From: an uncultured Pseudomonadales bacterium
GTDB lineage: Bacteria > Patescibacteriota > Microgenomatia > UBA1400 > Chazhemtobacteraceae
NCBI GenBank assembly: GCA_964618725.1
Contig: CAZUBK010000001.1
Span: 68,878 to 132,877, forward strand
DNA: 64,000 bases
Reading direction: 5' to 3'
Shown here: positions 55,679 to 64,000 of the stretch, one piece after another
Layout of the letters: each line of letters starts with the position of its first letter
Position numbering within the stretch: the first letter of the stretch is position 1
Program-made: the position numbers and the translations under genes
Notes under the pieces: generated by a model
The model's database searches: none
Told to the model about the DNA's origin: nothing
What the model saw: only the letters and a program-made list of their open reading frames with translations

Positions 55679-55906
55679 TTGAAGACTTTACGCGGGAAAG
55701 CTAGCTTCACCTACAGCGGAAATGACCCTGGTTATTTGGATAGTCCGCCACAGGATGCAGAGGTCGAGGTGCTTGCCACCGATGGTGGCACAGTTATCTT
55801 ACGTTGGAAGAGTCTGGATAGTTCTGGATCTGATCTTTACCACACCCAGATTCTTGCTGCTGGCGGCCAGGTGGTCGAAATGGTCTCGAACGAAGAGTTG
55901 AAGTAG
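55679..55906 (+). CDS. Small protein, paralog 2
   Basis: TTG start after RBS aaggag. Terminator gggccccgcaaaatagcggggcc at ~55909..55940. Confidence 0.4.
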   Translation: MKTLRGKASFTYSGNDPGYLDSPPQDAEVEVLATDGGTVILRWKSLDSSGSDLYHTQILAAGGQVVEMVSNEELK

Positions 55907-55982
55907 TTTTAGGGCCCCGCAAAATAGCGGGGCCTTTCATTTGGTACAATAGTCGGATCTTGTGATTTTATAGGAGGAGTAC

Positions 55983-56189
55983 TTGAAAAGTCTGTGGGTG
56001 AAGTTTACTGACGGGAGTGCGCATTTAAGAACCGTTGAAGATGAGACAGAGATTGAGTTGGACCCAATCTCAATGGTCTTATATGTGAAGGAAACTGATG
56101 ATATAGGGATTAAGCCCTATTCTTTCAGTCACGTAGTAAGAGCAGTATTGATTGATATTGGTGCGGATCCGGGAACGGATTATTTTTAG
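55983..56189 (+). CDS. Small protein, paralog 3
   Basis: TTG start after RBS ggagga. Terminator ggcggccgaaaggccgccgttttt at ~56197..56225. Shares the ..DG..H.R.V.......VLYV.E.. pattern with paralog 1. Confidence 0.4.
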   Translation: MKSLWVKFTDGSAHLRTVEDETEIELDPISMVLYVKETDDIGIKPYSFSHVVRAVLIDIGADPGTDYF

Positions 56190-56219
56190 GTTTGTTGGCG
56201 GCCGAAAGGCCGCCGTTTT

Positions 56220-57368
56220 TCATTTATTCCTCAAAAAAGCGGGGATATCTAGCTCGTTATCAATATCGACTTCGGAATGTTTGGCCTTGGCATCAAGGTC
56301 GGGATCAGTAGTCCCCCCGTCTTGCTGGTTTGAGTCAGAATCCTGTTCCTCCCGGTATGAGTTAGTGAAGGGAGATTGAGAACGGCTGACAAAGCCCTGA
56401 AGACGGCGCCTACTCTCGTCAAAACCAGTGGCAATGACCGAGATCTTGATCTCGTCTTTCATCTCGTCGCGGACGGTGGCACCGAAGATGATATTAGCGT
56501 CAGTGTCGGCGGCTTCAGCGATAATTTTGCTGGCTTCATTGATCTCACTCATGGTCATGTTACTACTGCCGGTGATGTTGTAGAGGATGCCTCTTGCCCC
56601 ATCAATGCTAGTCTCAAGAAGTGGTGAGGTAACCGCGGCGCGAGCAGCCATTTGAGCGCGTTTGTCGCCGCTGCCAACTCCGGTACCCATGAGGGCAGAG
56701 CCGGCATTAAGCATGACGGAACGAACATCGGCAAAGTCGACGTTGATCATGCCAGGGATAGTGATGAGATCAGAGATGGCTTGAACTCCTTGACCTAGAA
56801 CTGAGTCGGCCATGCGGAAAGCATCTAGGAAGGTAACTTTGGGGTCAATGATATCGATGATTTTTTGATTGGGAATGACAATCAGCGTATCAACGGTATC
56901 TTTAAGTCGATCGATTCCCTCTTCGGCTTGAACCATGCGACGAGTACCTTCAAACATAAAGGGCTTAGTGACAACGGCGACAGTGAGGGCACCGGCTTCT
57001 TTGGCAGCAGAGGCGATAATCGGGGCACCTCCAGTACCAGTTCCACCGCCCATACCGCCAGCTATAAAGACCATATCTGTACCAATGAGAAGATCGCGAA
57101 TTTTTTCCTTGCTTTCTTCGGCGGCGGCTTCACCCACGCCTGGATCGGCACCAGAACCGAGCCCTTTGGTTAGCTTTTCTCCGATCTGGAGTTTGGTGGC
57201 AGCATTGTTGGTGAGTAGGGCTTGGAGGTCGGTATTGACGGCGATAAATTCGACACCCTGAATCTTGCCCTCATTGATCATGGTATTGAGAGCATTGTTG
57301 CCGCCCCCTCCAACACCGAGGACTTTGATCTTGGCGAAAGAATTGATTTCTGGTTTAACTAAACCCAT
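56220..57368 (-). CDS. ftsZ: Cell division GTPase FtsZ
   Basis: GGGTGTGAAPIIA tubulin signature, NTDLQAL, C-terminal acidic tail. Confidence 0.95.
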   Translation of the reverse strand: MGLVKPEINSFAKIKVLGVGGGGNNALNTMINEGKIQGVEFIAVNTDLQALLTNNAATKLQIGEKLTKGLGSGADPGVGEAAAEESKEKIRDLLIGTDMVFIAGGMGGGTGTGGAPIIASAAKEAGALTVAVVTKPFMFEGTRRMVQAEEGIDRLKDTVDTLIVIPNQKIIDIIDPKVTFLDAFRMADSVLGQGVQAISDLITIPGMINVDFADVRSVMLNAGSALMGTGVGSGDKRAQMAARAAVTSPLLETSIDGARGILYNITGSSNMTMSEINEASKIIAEAADTDANIIFGATVRDEMKDEIKISVIATGFDESRRRLQGFVSRSQSPFTNSYREEQDSDSNQQDGGTTDPDLDAKAKHSEVDIDNELDIPAFLRNK

Positions 57369-57449
57369 GGGTATTGATTAAAAATGGTGAAAATAGTGAT
57401 AGATACTGCCGTGATCCTAACAATTAAATTAGTTTTCCACAAGTGAGAC

Positions 57450-58745
57450 TTAGGGAAGAAGTGACCTAGCCCAAGTGAGTCCCTTGTTCACCAGACCCTT
57501 GCCGGGAAGTCCTTTGATTAGACTACCGAACTTGCCGAAACTATGAGTGCTGGCATTCTTGTGAGCGAAGGCATAGAGAATGAGGCCGGTGGCAGTCGAG
57601 AAAGCGGGAGAGCCAATCTCATCAATTAATCCAGCTAGACCTTTGGGGATACCAATGCGAGCAGGAAGCTGTAGAGTCCGCTTGCAACTGCTGATGACTT
57701 CAACAGTCTCGGCACCTCCACCAGTGATGACGATGCCGGCGGGGGTGGAGCCAGCGAAGCCAGAGCGCTTGATTTCAGCACCAACCAGGGAAAAGATCTC
57801 GTTGAGACGAGGTCTGATGATACCCTCGACTAAGGTCTTGCGAGAGGTGGCACGAATATCTTCTTTGAGACCCAATCTAGTTAGGTTGATCTCGTCGAGC
57901 TTGGACTTAGAAAGATTTTTGTCGGGTTCTTTAGTTTTTTGGGCTTCGTATTCGAGAATGGTGAGATGTTGCTTGATCTTTTCGGCCGAGTCGAGACTGA
58001 CGCGAAGACCAATTGCAAGATCATTGGTAATATTCTTGGCGCCAACTGGAAGGACAGCGGAGTGAGAAATAGCCCCATCGATGAATATAGAGATGGAGGT
58101 AGTTCCCCCACCAATGTCGACTAAAACGACACCAAGTTCTTTTTCGGTTTCTGATAAAACAGCCTCTGATGAAGCCAGGCCGGCAAAGACTAGGGCTTGA
58201 GTCTCGATGGCCATCTCGGTAACACATTTATTGATATTTCGGACAACGGCATTACTACTGGTAATGATGTGGGCATCGGCCTCGAGTCGCACCCCTGTCA
58301 TTCCGAGGGGATCTCTAACACCAGACTGAGAGTCGACAATGTAACCACGAGGAATGACGTGGAGTATTTCTCGAGAAGAAGGGAGAGGAATGGCACGAGC
58401 GGCCTCAATGGCTCGAGCAACATCAGCTTGCACAATCTCGGACTCGGGGGTACCGACGGCGACGACACCTTTGGAGTTCTGTGACTGGATATGATCACCA
58501 GAAATCGAGATGAAGGCCGCGTTGACGGAATACCCGGCCATCCGCTCGGCGGCTTCAACAGATGCAGTTATCGAGGAAATGGCGTCCTCGATATCGACGA
58601 CTTGGCTTTTGCGGATGCCCTTACTGGGAGAAGAAGCGACGCCGACGACATTGAGACGATTCTGATCCTCGGAGGGGGCGACGATGATGGTGGTAATTTT
58701 GCTACTTCCGATATCAATACCAGTGATAAGTTGTGGACGGGACAT
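57450..58745 (-). CDS. ftsA: Cell division protein FtsA (actin-like ATPase)
   Basis: Actin-fold motifs TGIDIGSSKITTIIV, VVLVDIGGGTTSISI, IVITGGGAE. Confidence 0.9.
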   Translation of the reverse strand: MSRPQLITGIDIGSSKITTIIVAPSEDQNRLNVVGVASSPSKGIRKSQVVDIEDAISSITASVEAAERMAGYSVNAAFISISGDHIQSQNSKGVVAVGTPESEIVQADVARAIEAARAIPLPSSREILHVIPRGYIVDSQSGVRDPLGMTGVRLEADAHIITSSNAVVRNINKCVTEMAIETQALVFAGLASSEAVLSETEKELGVVLVDIGGGTTSISIFIDGAISHSAVLPVGAKNITNDLAIGLRVSLDSAEKIKQHLTILEYEAQKTKEPDKNLSKSKLDEINLTRLGLKEDIRATSRKTLVEGIIRPRLNEIFSLVGAEIKRSGFAGSTPAGIVITGGGAETVEVISSCKRTLQLPARIGIPKGLAGLIDEIGSPAFSTATGLILYAFAHKNASTHSFGKFGSLIKGLPGKGLVNKGLTWARSLLP

Positions 58746-58746
58746 A

Positions 58747-59643
58747 TTAGTTTGAGTTTCCGCTATTTTCCAAATTATTGATTTTAGAGATCACTGGATT
58801 GCTAAACCGTAAGTCTATTATAGATTGATCAGGATTAATTGTAGACTCGTGGAGAATTTGTTGTAAAGAGGCTACAGACTGGCGAGGGTCCTTGTTGAGA
58901 CTGAAAACAACTAAAGTGGTCTTATTGAGAAAAAGCGTTGCTGTAGTATTTGTCGCCCAGACAACCTTAGTGTCGATATTACTTTCGGTCAACTCTTGGT
59001 AGAGCTGATAGAGATTTTCGAGTGAATCGGGTGAGGGGAGATCGTTTTCGACTAGTAATTTAATGATTCTGTCTGTGTCAAGAGTGGAACTTGATTGAAT
59101 GAGGGATCCCTTTGACGTTAAATAGAAATGGTCGAAAATTGGGTCATTGACAGACTTGAGCTCTATCAGAGTACGGTGAGTGGAGGATGATGTGGCGATT
59201 TCATCCTCAGCTGTCTCCGCTGCAGATGTAGCCGAAGACGGAGAAGAGATGGGAGGTGGGGTAGATCGAATAAGTTGGAGCAAGATAAGATTTCTAGAAG
59301 TAAATAGATTAACAGTGAGAAGATCGGGAAATATGACCTTGAACTGGATGTCCTCAATCTCTGGACTGATCTGCAAGAGTCTTTGTTTAAGTGATTTGGT
59401 TTGCAGAGCAATAGTTTTAGTGCCCTTAAGTGATTCTATTTGGGTCTTAAGATTATTCTCACACGGTTTGGAGTCAAGGGTACAGGAGATCGTTTTGATA
59501 CGGAAATAGGGGCCGAAGAATAGTTGATAGAGGCCAAGGAGTAACACAAACAGTAAGGTTGGGTAAAGGAGGCGTTTGGGTTTGAGGAGAATATTGCCGG
59601 TACCGGTAGTCCGGAAGAGATGGCGGAGACGACGGTGAGACAT
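58747..59643 (-). CDS. FtsQ/DivIB-like cell division protein (TM plus POTRA-like)
   Basis: N-terminal TM, position between murG and ftsA, POTRA-like region, and a Ser/Pro-rich low-complexity insert. Confidence 0.5.
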   Translation of the reverse strand: MSHRRLRHLFRTTGTGNILLKPKRLLYPTLLFVLLLGLYQLFFGPYFRIKTISCTLDSKPCENNLKTQIESLKGTKTIALQTKSLKQRLLQISPEIEDIQFKVIFPDLLTVNLFTSRNLILLQLIRSTPPPISSPSSATSAAETAEDEIATSSSTHRTLIELKSVNDPIFDHFYLTSKGSLIQSSSTLDTDRIIKLLVENDLPSPDSLENLYQLYQELTESNIDTKVVWATNTTATLFLNKTTLVVFSLNKDPRQSVASLQQILHESTINPDQSIIDLRFSNPVISKINNLENSGNSN

Positions 59644-60746
59644 TATTTTAAATATGGCTCTAGTTCCTTGAGGATGCGATGCGTAGCATCAGTGATGACG
59701 GGTATGCTTTTGCGAGTTTTGGGCTTGAGTTTTAGGATATTGTCGATCGCAGCCTGAAGCGTAACTGGGGTGAGATCGGCCTCGTTTAGAATGGTTGTCG
59801 TGGTATGTAAAGCTAAGATCTTGGCGTTTTCCATCTGTTCATTGTGAGAGACCCAGGGAATGGGAATAACAATATTAAGTTTGTTTAAAATGATTAGCTC
59901 GTAAACAGTGTGAGCACCGGCACGAGAGATGATCAAGTCGGCACGGTGCAGATACTTGCGGCCTTGTTTGCCGAAGAAGTAGGGTTGATTAAGATAGCGC
60001 TTTCTCTTTTGGGGCGTCAGAGAGGCCCTGAGTCGGCGAGCTTTGTCTTGGTCGGCGGTAATGGTGTGGGATCCGGTTTGGTGAACGACCTTAAATTTCT
60101 CGACAAGGCGGGGGATAAGGGGAAAAACAGCTTGATTGATGATATGACTGCCTTGTTTACCACAAGTAATGAAGATGGTTTTGAGCTTAGAAGGAAGGGG
60201 CTTATCTTTCAGAAAATCGGAGGGGATGGGAAGACCGGTCACAATGGCCTTTTGAGATGGATAGTTAGACCGCGATGATTGATGAGTCAAAAAGATTTTT
60301 TTGACAAAAGGGGTGACGGCTTTGTTGGCATAACCGGCGGTGACGGTCTGTTCATGGGTGACGCTCTTGATACGGAGAAGCCAACCGACGATAACTACAG
60401 GGACGGCCATATAGCCGCCAAAAGAGACGATTAAACAAGGGCGAATCTTAAGTAGGTAAGTGAGTGCTTGAAAGAAACCAGTAAGAATTTTGAGAAATTC
60501 GAGGGGATTCTTCTTGCGATAGAACTTGCCGGTTTTGAATTCGTAGAAAGGAATCTGATGCGAGGTGACCTCTTGATACTCGGCGCTGAGAGACTTGTCA
60601 CCACGGATTGTGAACTTGTGCCCTACCCAGACCACGGGAATGCCTTTTTTCCGTAGCTCTAGAGCGACGACGAGAGCGGAGTTATGGTGACCACCGATGA
60701 AGAGAACGGGTCTTTGGATTAATTTAGAGGCGCTCATAACGAGCAA
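59643..60746 (-). CDS. murG: UDP-GlcNAc:lipid I N-acetylglucosaminyltransferase MurG
   Basis: FIGGHHNSALVVALEL N-terminal G-loop, C-terminal ISRAGAHTVYELI, plus dcw-cluster context. Confidence 0.75.
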   Translation of the reverse strand: MLVMSASKLIQRPVLFIGGHHNSALVVALELRKKGIPVVWVGHKFTIRGDKSLSAEYQEVTSHQIPFYEFKTGKFYRKKNPLEFLKILTGFFQALTYLLKIRPCLIVSFGGYMAVPVVIVGWLLRIKSVTHEQTVTAGYANKAVTPFVKKIFLTHQSSRSNYPSQKAIVTGLPIPSDFLKDKPLPSKLKTIFITCGKQGSHIINQAVFPLIPRLVEKFKVVHQTGSHTITADQDKARRLRASLTPQKRKRYLNQPYFFGKQGRKYLHRADLIISRAGAHTVYELIILNKLNIVIPIPWVSHNEQMENAKILALHTTTTILNEADLTPVTLQAAIDNILKLKPKTRKSIPVITDATHRILKELEPYLK

Positions 60747-61824
60747 TACTTAGTAATATGCCGATACCAGACAAGAGAGTAATTAATGAAGATCCACCAT
60801 ATGATATCAAAGGTAGAGGAATGCCGGTTAGCGGTACGATGGCTACCATGGCGGCCAGATTAAGCAGTACTTGCGTAGCAAAGAGTCCTGAGATGGAGGC
60901 AGCAAGGAGTTGATTGAAGCGGACTTGAGATTGCCTGGCGATGCGAAAGCCGACGTAGACGAGGGCGAGAAGAAGAAAAATAATGACTAAGCCACCAATG
61001 AAACCCATTTCTTCACCAATAATGGCAAAGATAGAGTCAGTGGTGGCTTCGGGAAGATATTGATATTTCTGACGACTGCGACCAAGACCCACTCCGATTA
61101 AGCCTCCTGACCCTAAAGCAATCAGGATCTGATTGATGTGATACGAGGAGCCGAGGGGATCACTAGTTGGATTAAGAAATGTAAGTAGTCGAGCACGACG
61201 GTAGGCGGAAGAAAGAATGAGAAGAAGGCCAATGGCGCCACCACCAAAGATGAGGGTAAGTAGCTTACTTATATCAGCACCGGAGATGAAATAGAGAAGG
61301 ATACTACTGCTGGCGATAATAATAGCGGTACCAAGATCGGGTTGGAGCATGATAAGGGCAAGGATTGGGGTGATAATAGCTGTAAAGGAGATGAGGGGCT
61401 GATCTTTCTCTAACCACGAGGAGAGGTAGAGCATAAGAGCGAGCTTGGTGAACTCGGAAGGTTGAAGGGTGAATCCGAGGAGGTTGATCCAGCGTCTGGC
61501 GCCAAGGACCTTATTACCGATACCGGGAATGAGGACGGCTAACATAAGAACTAGGCTGATGATCAGAAAAGAAGGAGCGAGGCGCTTGAAAAGAACGGGG
61601 GGGAATCGACTAATAATGAGCATCGCGGTTATCCCCAATACAGCCCATTTGAGTTGTTGAAGGGCAAAATAGTATTTGTTGTTAAATAGAGTATAGGCAT
61701 CAACGACGGAGGCGTTGTAAACCGCAATGACTCCAAGAGAAACTAATAGGAGGGTGAGGAAACTGAGCGAGGAAATAACGGGAGAGCGAAACTGAGCCAG
61801 GTTTAGAAGCTTTTGCCGGGACAT
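60724..61824 (-). CDS. ftsW: Cell division protein FtsW (SEDS)
   Basis: SEDS motifs LPEATTDSIFAIIGEEMGFIGG and dcw context. Confidence 0.8.
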   Translation of the reverse strand: MSRQKLLNLAQFRSPVISSLSFLTLLLVSLGVIAVYNASVVDAYTLFNNKYYFALQQLKWAVLGITAMLIISRFPPVLFKRLAPSFLIISLVLMLAVLIPGIGNKVLGARRWINLLGFTLQPSEFTKLALMLYLSSWLEKDQPLISFTAIITPILALIMLQPDLGTAIIIASSSILLYFISGADISKLLTLIFGGGAIGLLLILSSAYRRARLLTFLNPTSDPLGSSYHINQILIALGSGGLIGVGLGRSRQKYQYLPEATTDSIFAIIGEEMGFIGGLVIIFLLLALVYVGFRIARQSQVRFNQLLAASISGLFATQVLLNLAAMVAIVPLTGIPLPLISYGGSSLITLLSGIGILLSIARYERL

Positions 61825-61837
61825 AGGAATAGGAATC

Positions 61838-62866
61838 TTAAATTACGGCTAACCAGACCCCGAAGATAACGACCATGATGCCGGCTAACCAGGCGCGCTG
61901 GACAATCTTTGGTTCTGGCCAACCAATTTTGAGAAGCCAGTAGTGGAGGGGGGCGACTGGGAAAAGTCGTTTGTGACGCAGTTTAATTGAGAGGATTTGA
62001 AGAAAGCTACTTAAGCCTATGACGATGAAGGGACTGCCCATGATGATGAGGGCAAAGACCTTGCCGATGAGGAGACCGACGACGGCCAGGGTGGCACCAA
62101 AAGCCATAGCGCCGACATCGCCCATGAAGATACGGGCGGGGTAGACGTTGAAATAGAGAAAAGCAATGAGACTGCCCAACCAAAGAGCAAGAAAGATAGA
62201 GAGGGGGGTATCGAGGATAGCGGCAGATAGAAGCCAGAAGCCAAAAAGAGTAATCATGAGGAGGCCGCCGGCGAGTCCATCCATACCATCGGTGATATTG
62301 ACGGCATTGCTAAAGCCGATAATGAGAAAAGTAGACAACGGGATGAAGAAGATGCCGAGATCAAAGACACCGACGAAGGGAATGTTGAGGATACTGATAC
62401 CGAGATTGTTGTAGAGCATGTAGCTAATAACACCAGCGAGAACGATCTGGATGACAAACTTGTGAGCAGTTTTAAGCCCGGCAAAGCCAGAACTGTCTCT
62501 ACTTAGTTCAAAGAAGCCGATGATGTCGTCATAAAGGCCGAGAAGACCGAAGGAGATGAAAGTGAAGAAGATGATATTTAGTTCATGAGTCAGGGGATAG
62601 ACTTGGGTGATATAGACGCCTAAGAACTTGATCATGGGAAAAATGAAGGCGAAGAGAAGACTGACGATGACAAGAATAAGAAGACCGCCACCTTCCGGTG
62701 TTCTAGCTTTACTTTTAATATGCTCGGAGGCGGCGGTTTTGTTGCCACTTAGAATGGAGGATTTGCTCTTGTAAAAACGGATCCGATACAACAGATCAAT
62801 AAAAGGAACGATGGCAATACTAGTAATGATAAATGAAAAAATGAGTAGACCTAAAAGTAGCGACAT
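61838..62866 (-). CDS. mraY: Phospho-N-acetylmuramoyl-pentapeptide transferase MraY
   Basis: NAVNITDGMDGLAGG and FMGDVGAMAFG signature motifs; 10 TM. Confidence 0.9.
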   Translation of the reverse strand: MSLLLGLLIFSFIITSIAIVPFIDLLYRIRFYKSKSSILSGNKTAASEHIKSKARTPEGGGLLILVIVSLLFAFIFPMIKFLGVYITQVYPLTHELNIIFFTFISFGLLGLYDDIIGFFELSRDSSGFAGLKTAHKFVIQIVLAGVISYMLYNNLGISILNIPFVGVFDLGIFFIPLSTFLIIGFSNAVNITDGMDGLAGGLLMITLFGFWLLSAAILDTPLSIFLALWLGSLIAFLYFNVYPARIFMGDVGAMAFGATLAVVGLLIGKVFALIIMGSPFIVIGLSSFLQILSIKLRHKRLFPVAPLHYWLLKIGWPEPKIVQRAWLAGIMVVIFGVWLAVI

Positions 62867-62907
62867 GGATGAGTTAAGTATATATGTTTTTTGGTATACT
62901 GGGGGAC

Positions 62908-64000
62908 GTGAAGAATGTATTGGTCTTGTTTGGTGGGGTAAGTACAGAGCATGAAGTAAGTATTGTCACCGCTTTACAGGTGATGAATGCCTTGAAAGAG
63001 GCAGGTTTTGGTGTTTTGCCCGGATATATTGCCAAAGATGGCAAATGGTTACTCGGAGATCAGCGCTTGCTCAAACCAGAGTTTTACAAGCAACTTGATG
63101 ATGTAAAAAAAGCATCAAGACAGTTTTTGCTACCGGCAGATAGACAGGTGGGGCTACTGACTAGAGGAATGTTTGGCTATGGGGGAACGATGGAGCAGGT
63201 CGATGTAGTTTTCCCGGTGTTTCATGGTAAGAATGGTGAAGATGGGACGGTTCAGGGATTAATCGAGTTAATGAATGTGCCCTATGTAGGTTGTGGAGTG
63301 ACGAGTAGTGCAGTGGGAGTAGACAAGTATTTAGCAAAGAAGATAGCGAAGGACTTGGGATTAAGGGTAGTTCTCGATCAGCTAGTGACCAAACGGGAAT
63401 GGGGTGCGGACAGGAAGAAAGTTTTAGAGAGACTGAAGTCTTTGGGGAGCGTGGTCTATATCAAGCCAAATGACTTAGGGTCGACGATCGGAATAAACAG
63501 AGCAACGACAAAGGCGGAACTTGAGAATGCCCTAGAAGTGGCATTTGTCTATACCACCAGGGTCTTGGTGGAGAAAGCACTGGAGAGAAAGATGGAGCTA
63601 AATATCTCGATTTTAGGTAATGGACCATATGAGGTCTCGGCGATAGAGCAACCGGTGGCGCAGGGAGAAGTGTTGTCGTTTGAAGATAAATATATCCGCC
63701 CGGAAGGTAAATCGAGGGGGATGGCGAGTGCGAAGCGATTAATCCCCGCCCCTATTTCAATTAAACTTCAGAGAGAAGTGGAGGATTCGGCGAAGAGATT
63801 TTTTGAAGCAATTGGGGGTAAGGGGATCAGCCGAATTGATTTCATGGTGGACAAAAATGACCAAGTTTACTTTAACGAGATAAATACAATCCCGGGTTCT
63901 CTTTCTTTTTATCTCTGGAAGGCATCGGGTGTCGGCTTCGAAGAGCTGGTCAAAAAACTAGTCAAACTAGCCGAAGAAGACTGGAAGGAGAAAAATCAAT
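62908..64000 (+). CDS. ddl: D-alanine--D-alanine ligase (partial; runs off the window end)
   Basis: GTG start, then VKNVLVLFGGVSTEHEVS and ATP-grasp motifs later. No stop within the window, so it is absent from the ORF track. Confidence 0.75.
   Translation, partial: MKNVLVLFGGVSTEHEVSIVTALQVMNALKEAGFGVLPGYIAKDGKWLLGDQRLLKPEFYKQLDDVKKASRQFLLPADRQVGLLTRGMFGYGGTMEQVDVVFPVFHGKNGEDGTVQGLIELMNVPYVGCGVTSSAVGVDKYLAKKIAKDLGLRVVLDQLVTKREWGADRKKVLERLKSLGSVVYIKPNDLGSTIGINRATTKAELENALEVAFVYTTRVLVEKALERKMELNISILGNGPYEVSAIEQPVAQGEVLSFEDKYIRPEGKSRGMASAKRLIPAPISIKLQREVEDSAKRFFEAIGGKGISRIDFMVDKNDQVYFNEINTIPGSLSFYLWKASGVGFEELVKKLVKLAEEDWKEKNQ

Noticed and set aside
1-64000. CRISPR arrays and rRNA genes
   Set aside because: I scanned for short, regularly spaced direct repeats and for rRNA-like conserved blocks. 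The only repeats found occur as two or three copies with gene-length unique spacers (attributed above to att-like or structured elements), and no rRNA signature was seen.

Overview
This 64 kb window is gene-dense with small genes, and reads like a reduced-genome bacterium (possibly Candidate Phyla Radiation/Patescibacteria-like; this is inference from gene content and style only). All coordinates I located by hand may be off by 1-2 nt. Core content: eight tRNAs (Arg-TCT, His-GTG, Lys-CTT, Arg-TCG, Leu-TAG, Gly-CCC, Val-CAC, plus one tRNA 3' fragment); ribosomal proteins L21/L27; lepB, parB, metK, ileS and an ABC-F ATPase; and a division/cell-wall cluster on the minus strand (mraY-ftsW-murG-ftsQ-like-ftsA-ftsZ) with a divergent partial ddl at the window end. 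Accessory content: a cell-envelope glycosylation cluster (three GT2, one GT4, an O-antigen-ligase-like protein, DUF4012 and a methyltransferase); a two-component system next to a 1250-aa Thr/Ser/Gly-rich surface protein; an ABC-2 exporter operon with a stand-alone C39-like peptidase; and a BrnT/BrnA toxin-antitoxin pair. The most unusual regions are: (i) a nuclease/helicase island at 26.7-31.0 kb (DUF2130 Zn-ribbon/coiled-coil/PD-(D/E)xK protein tightly coupled to a Cas4-like Fe-S PD-(D/E)xK nuclease, next to a DUF45 HExxH hydrolase and a Pif1/RecD-like helicase), a candidate defence or DNA-processing system; (ii) a tRNA-Gly-anchored array of single-gene cassettes, each bounded by a degenerate copy of the tRNA-Gly 3' end plus its trailer, one gene of which is JAB/MPN-like; (iii) two direct copies of a ~114-nt multi-hairpin GC-rich element flanking an AAA+ ATPase gene; (iv) a fusion of an AsnRS/AspRS-type class II catalytic core (AsnA-like) to an MGS-like domain; (v) a shared 16-18 bp palindrome upstream of an XRE regulator/two-component operon and upstream of the giant surface protein gene; (vi) a structured, S-box-reminiscent leader upstream of metK. 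No CRISPR array and no rRNA genes were seen.
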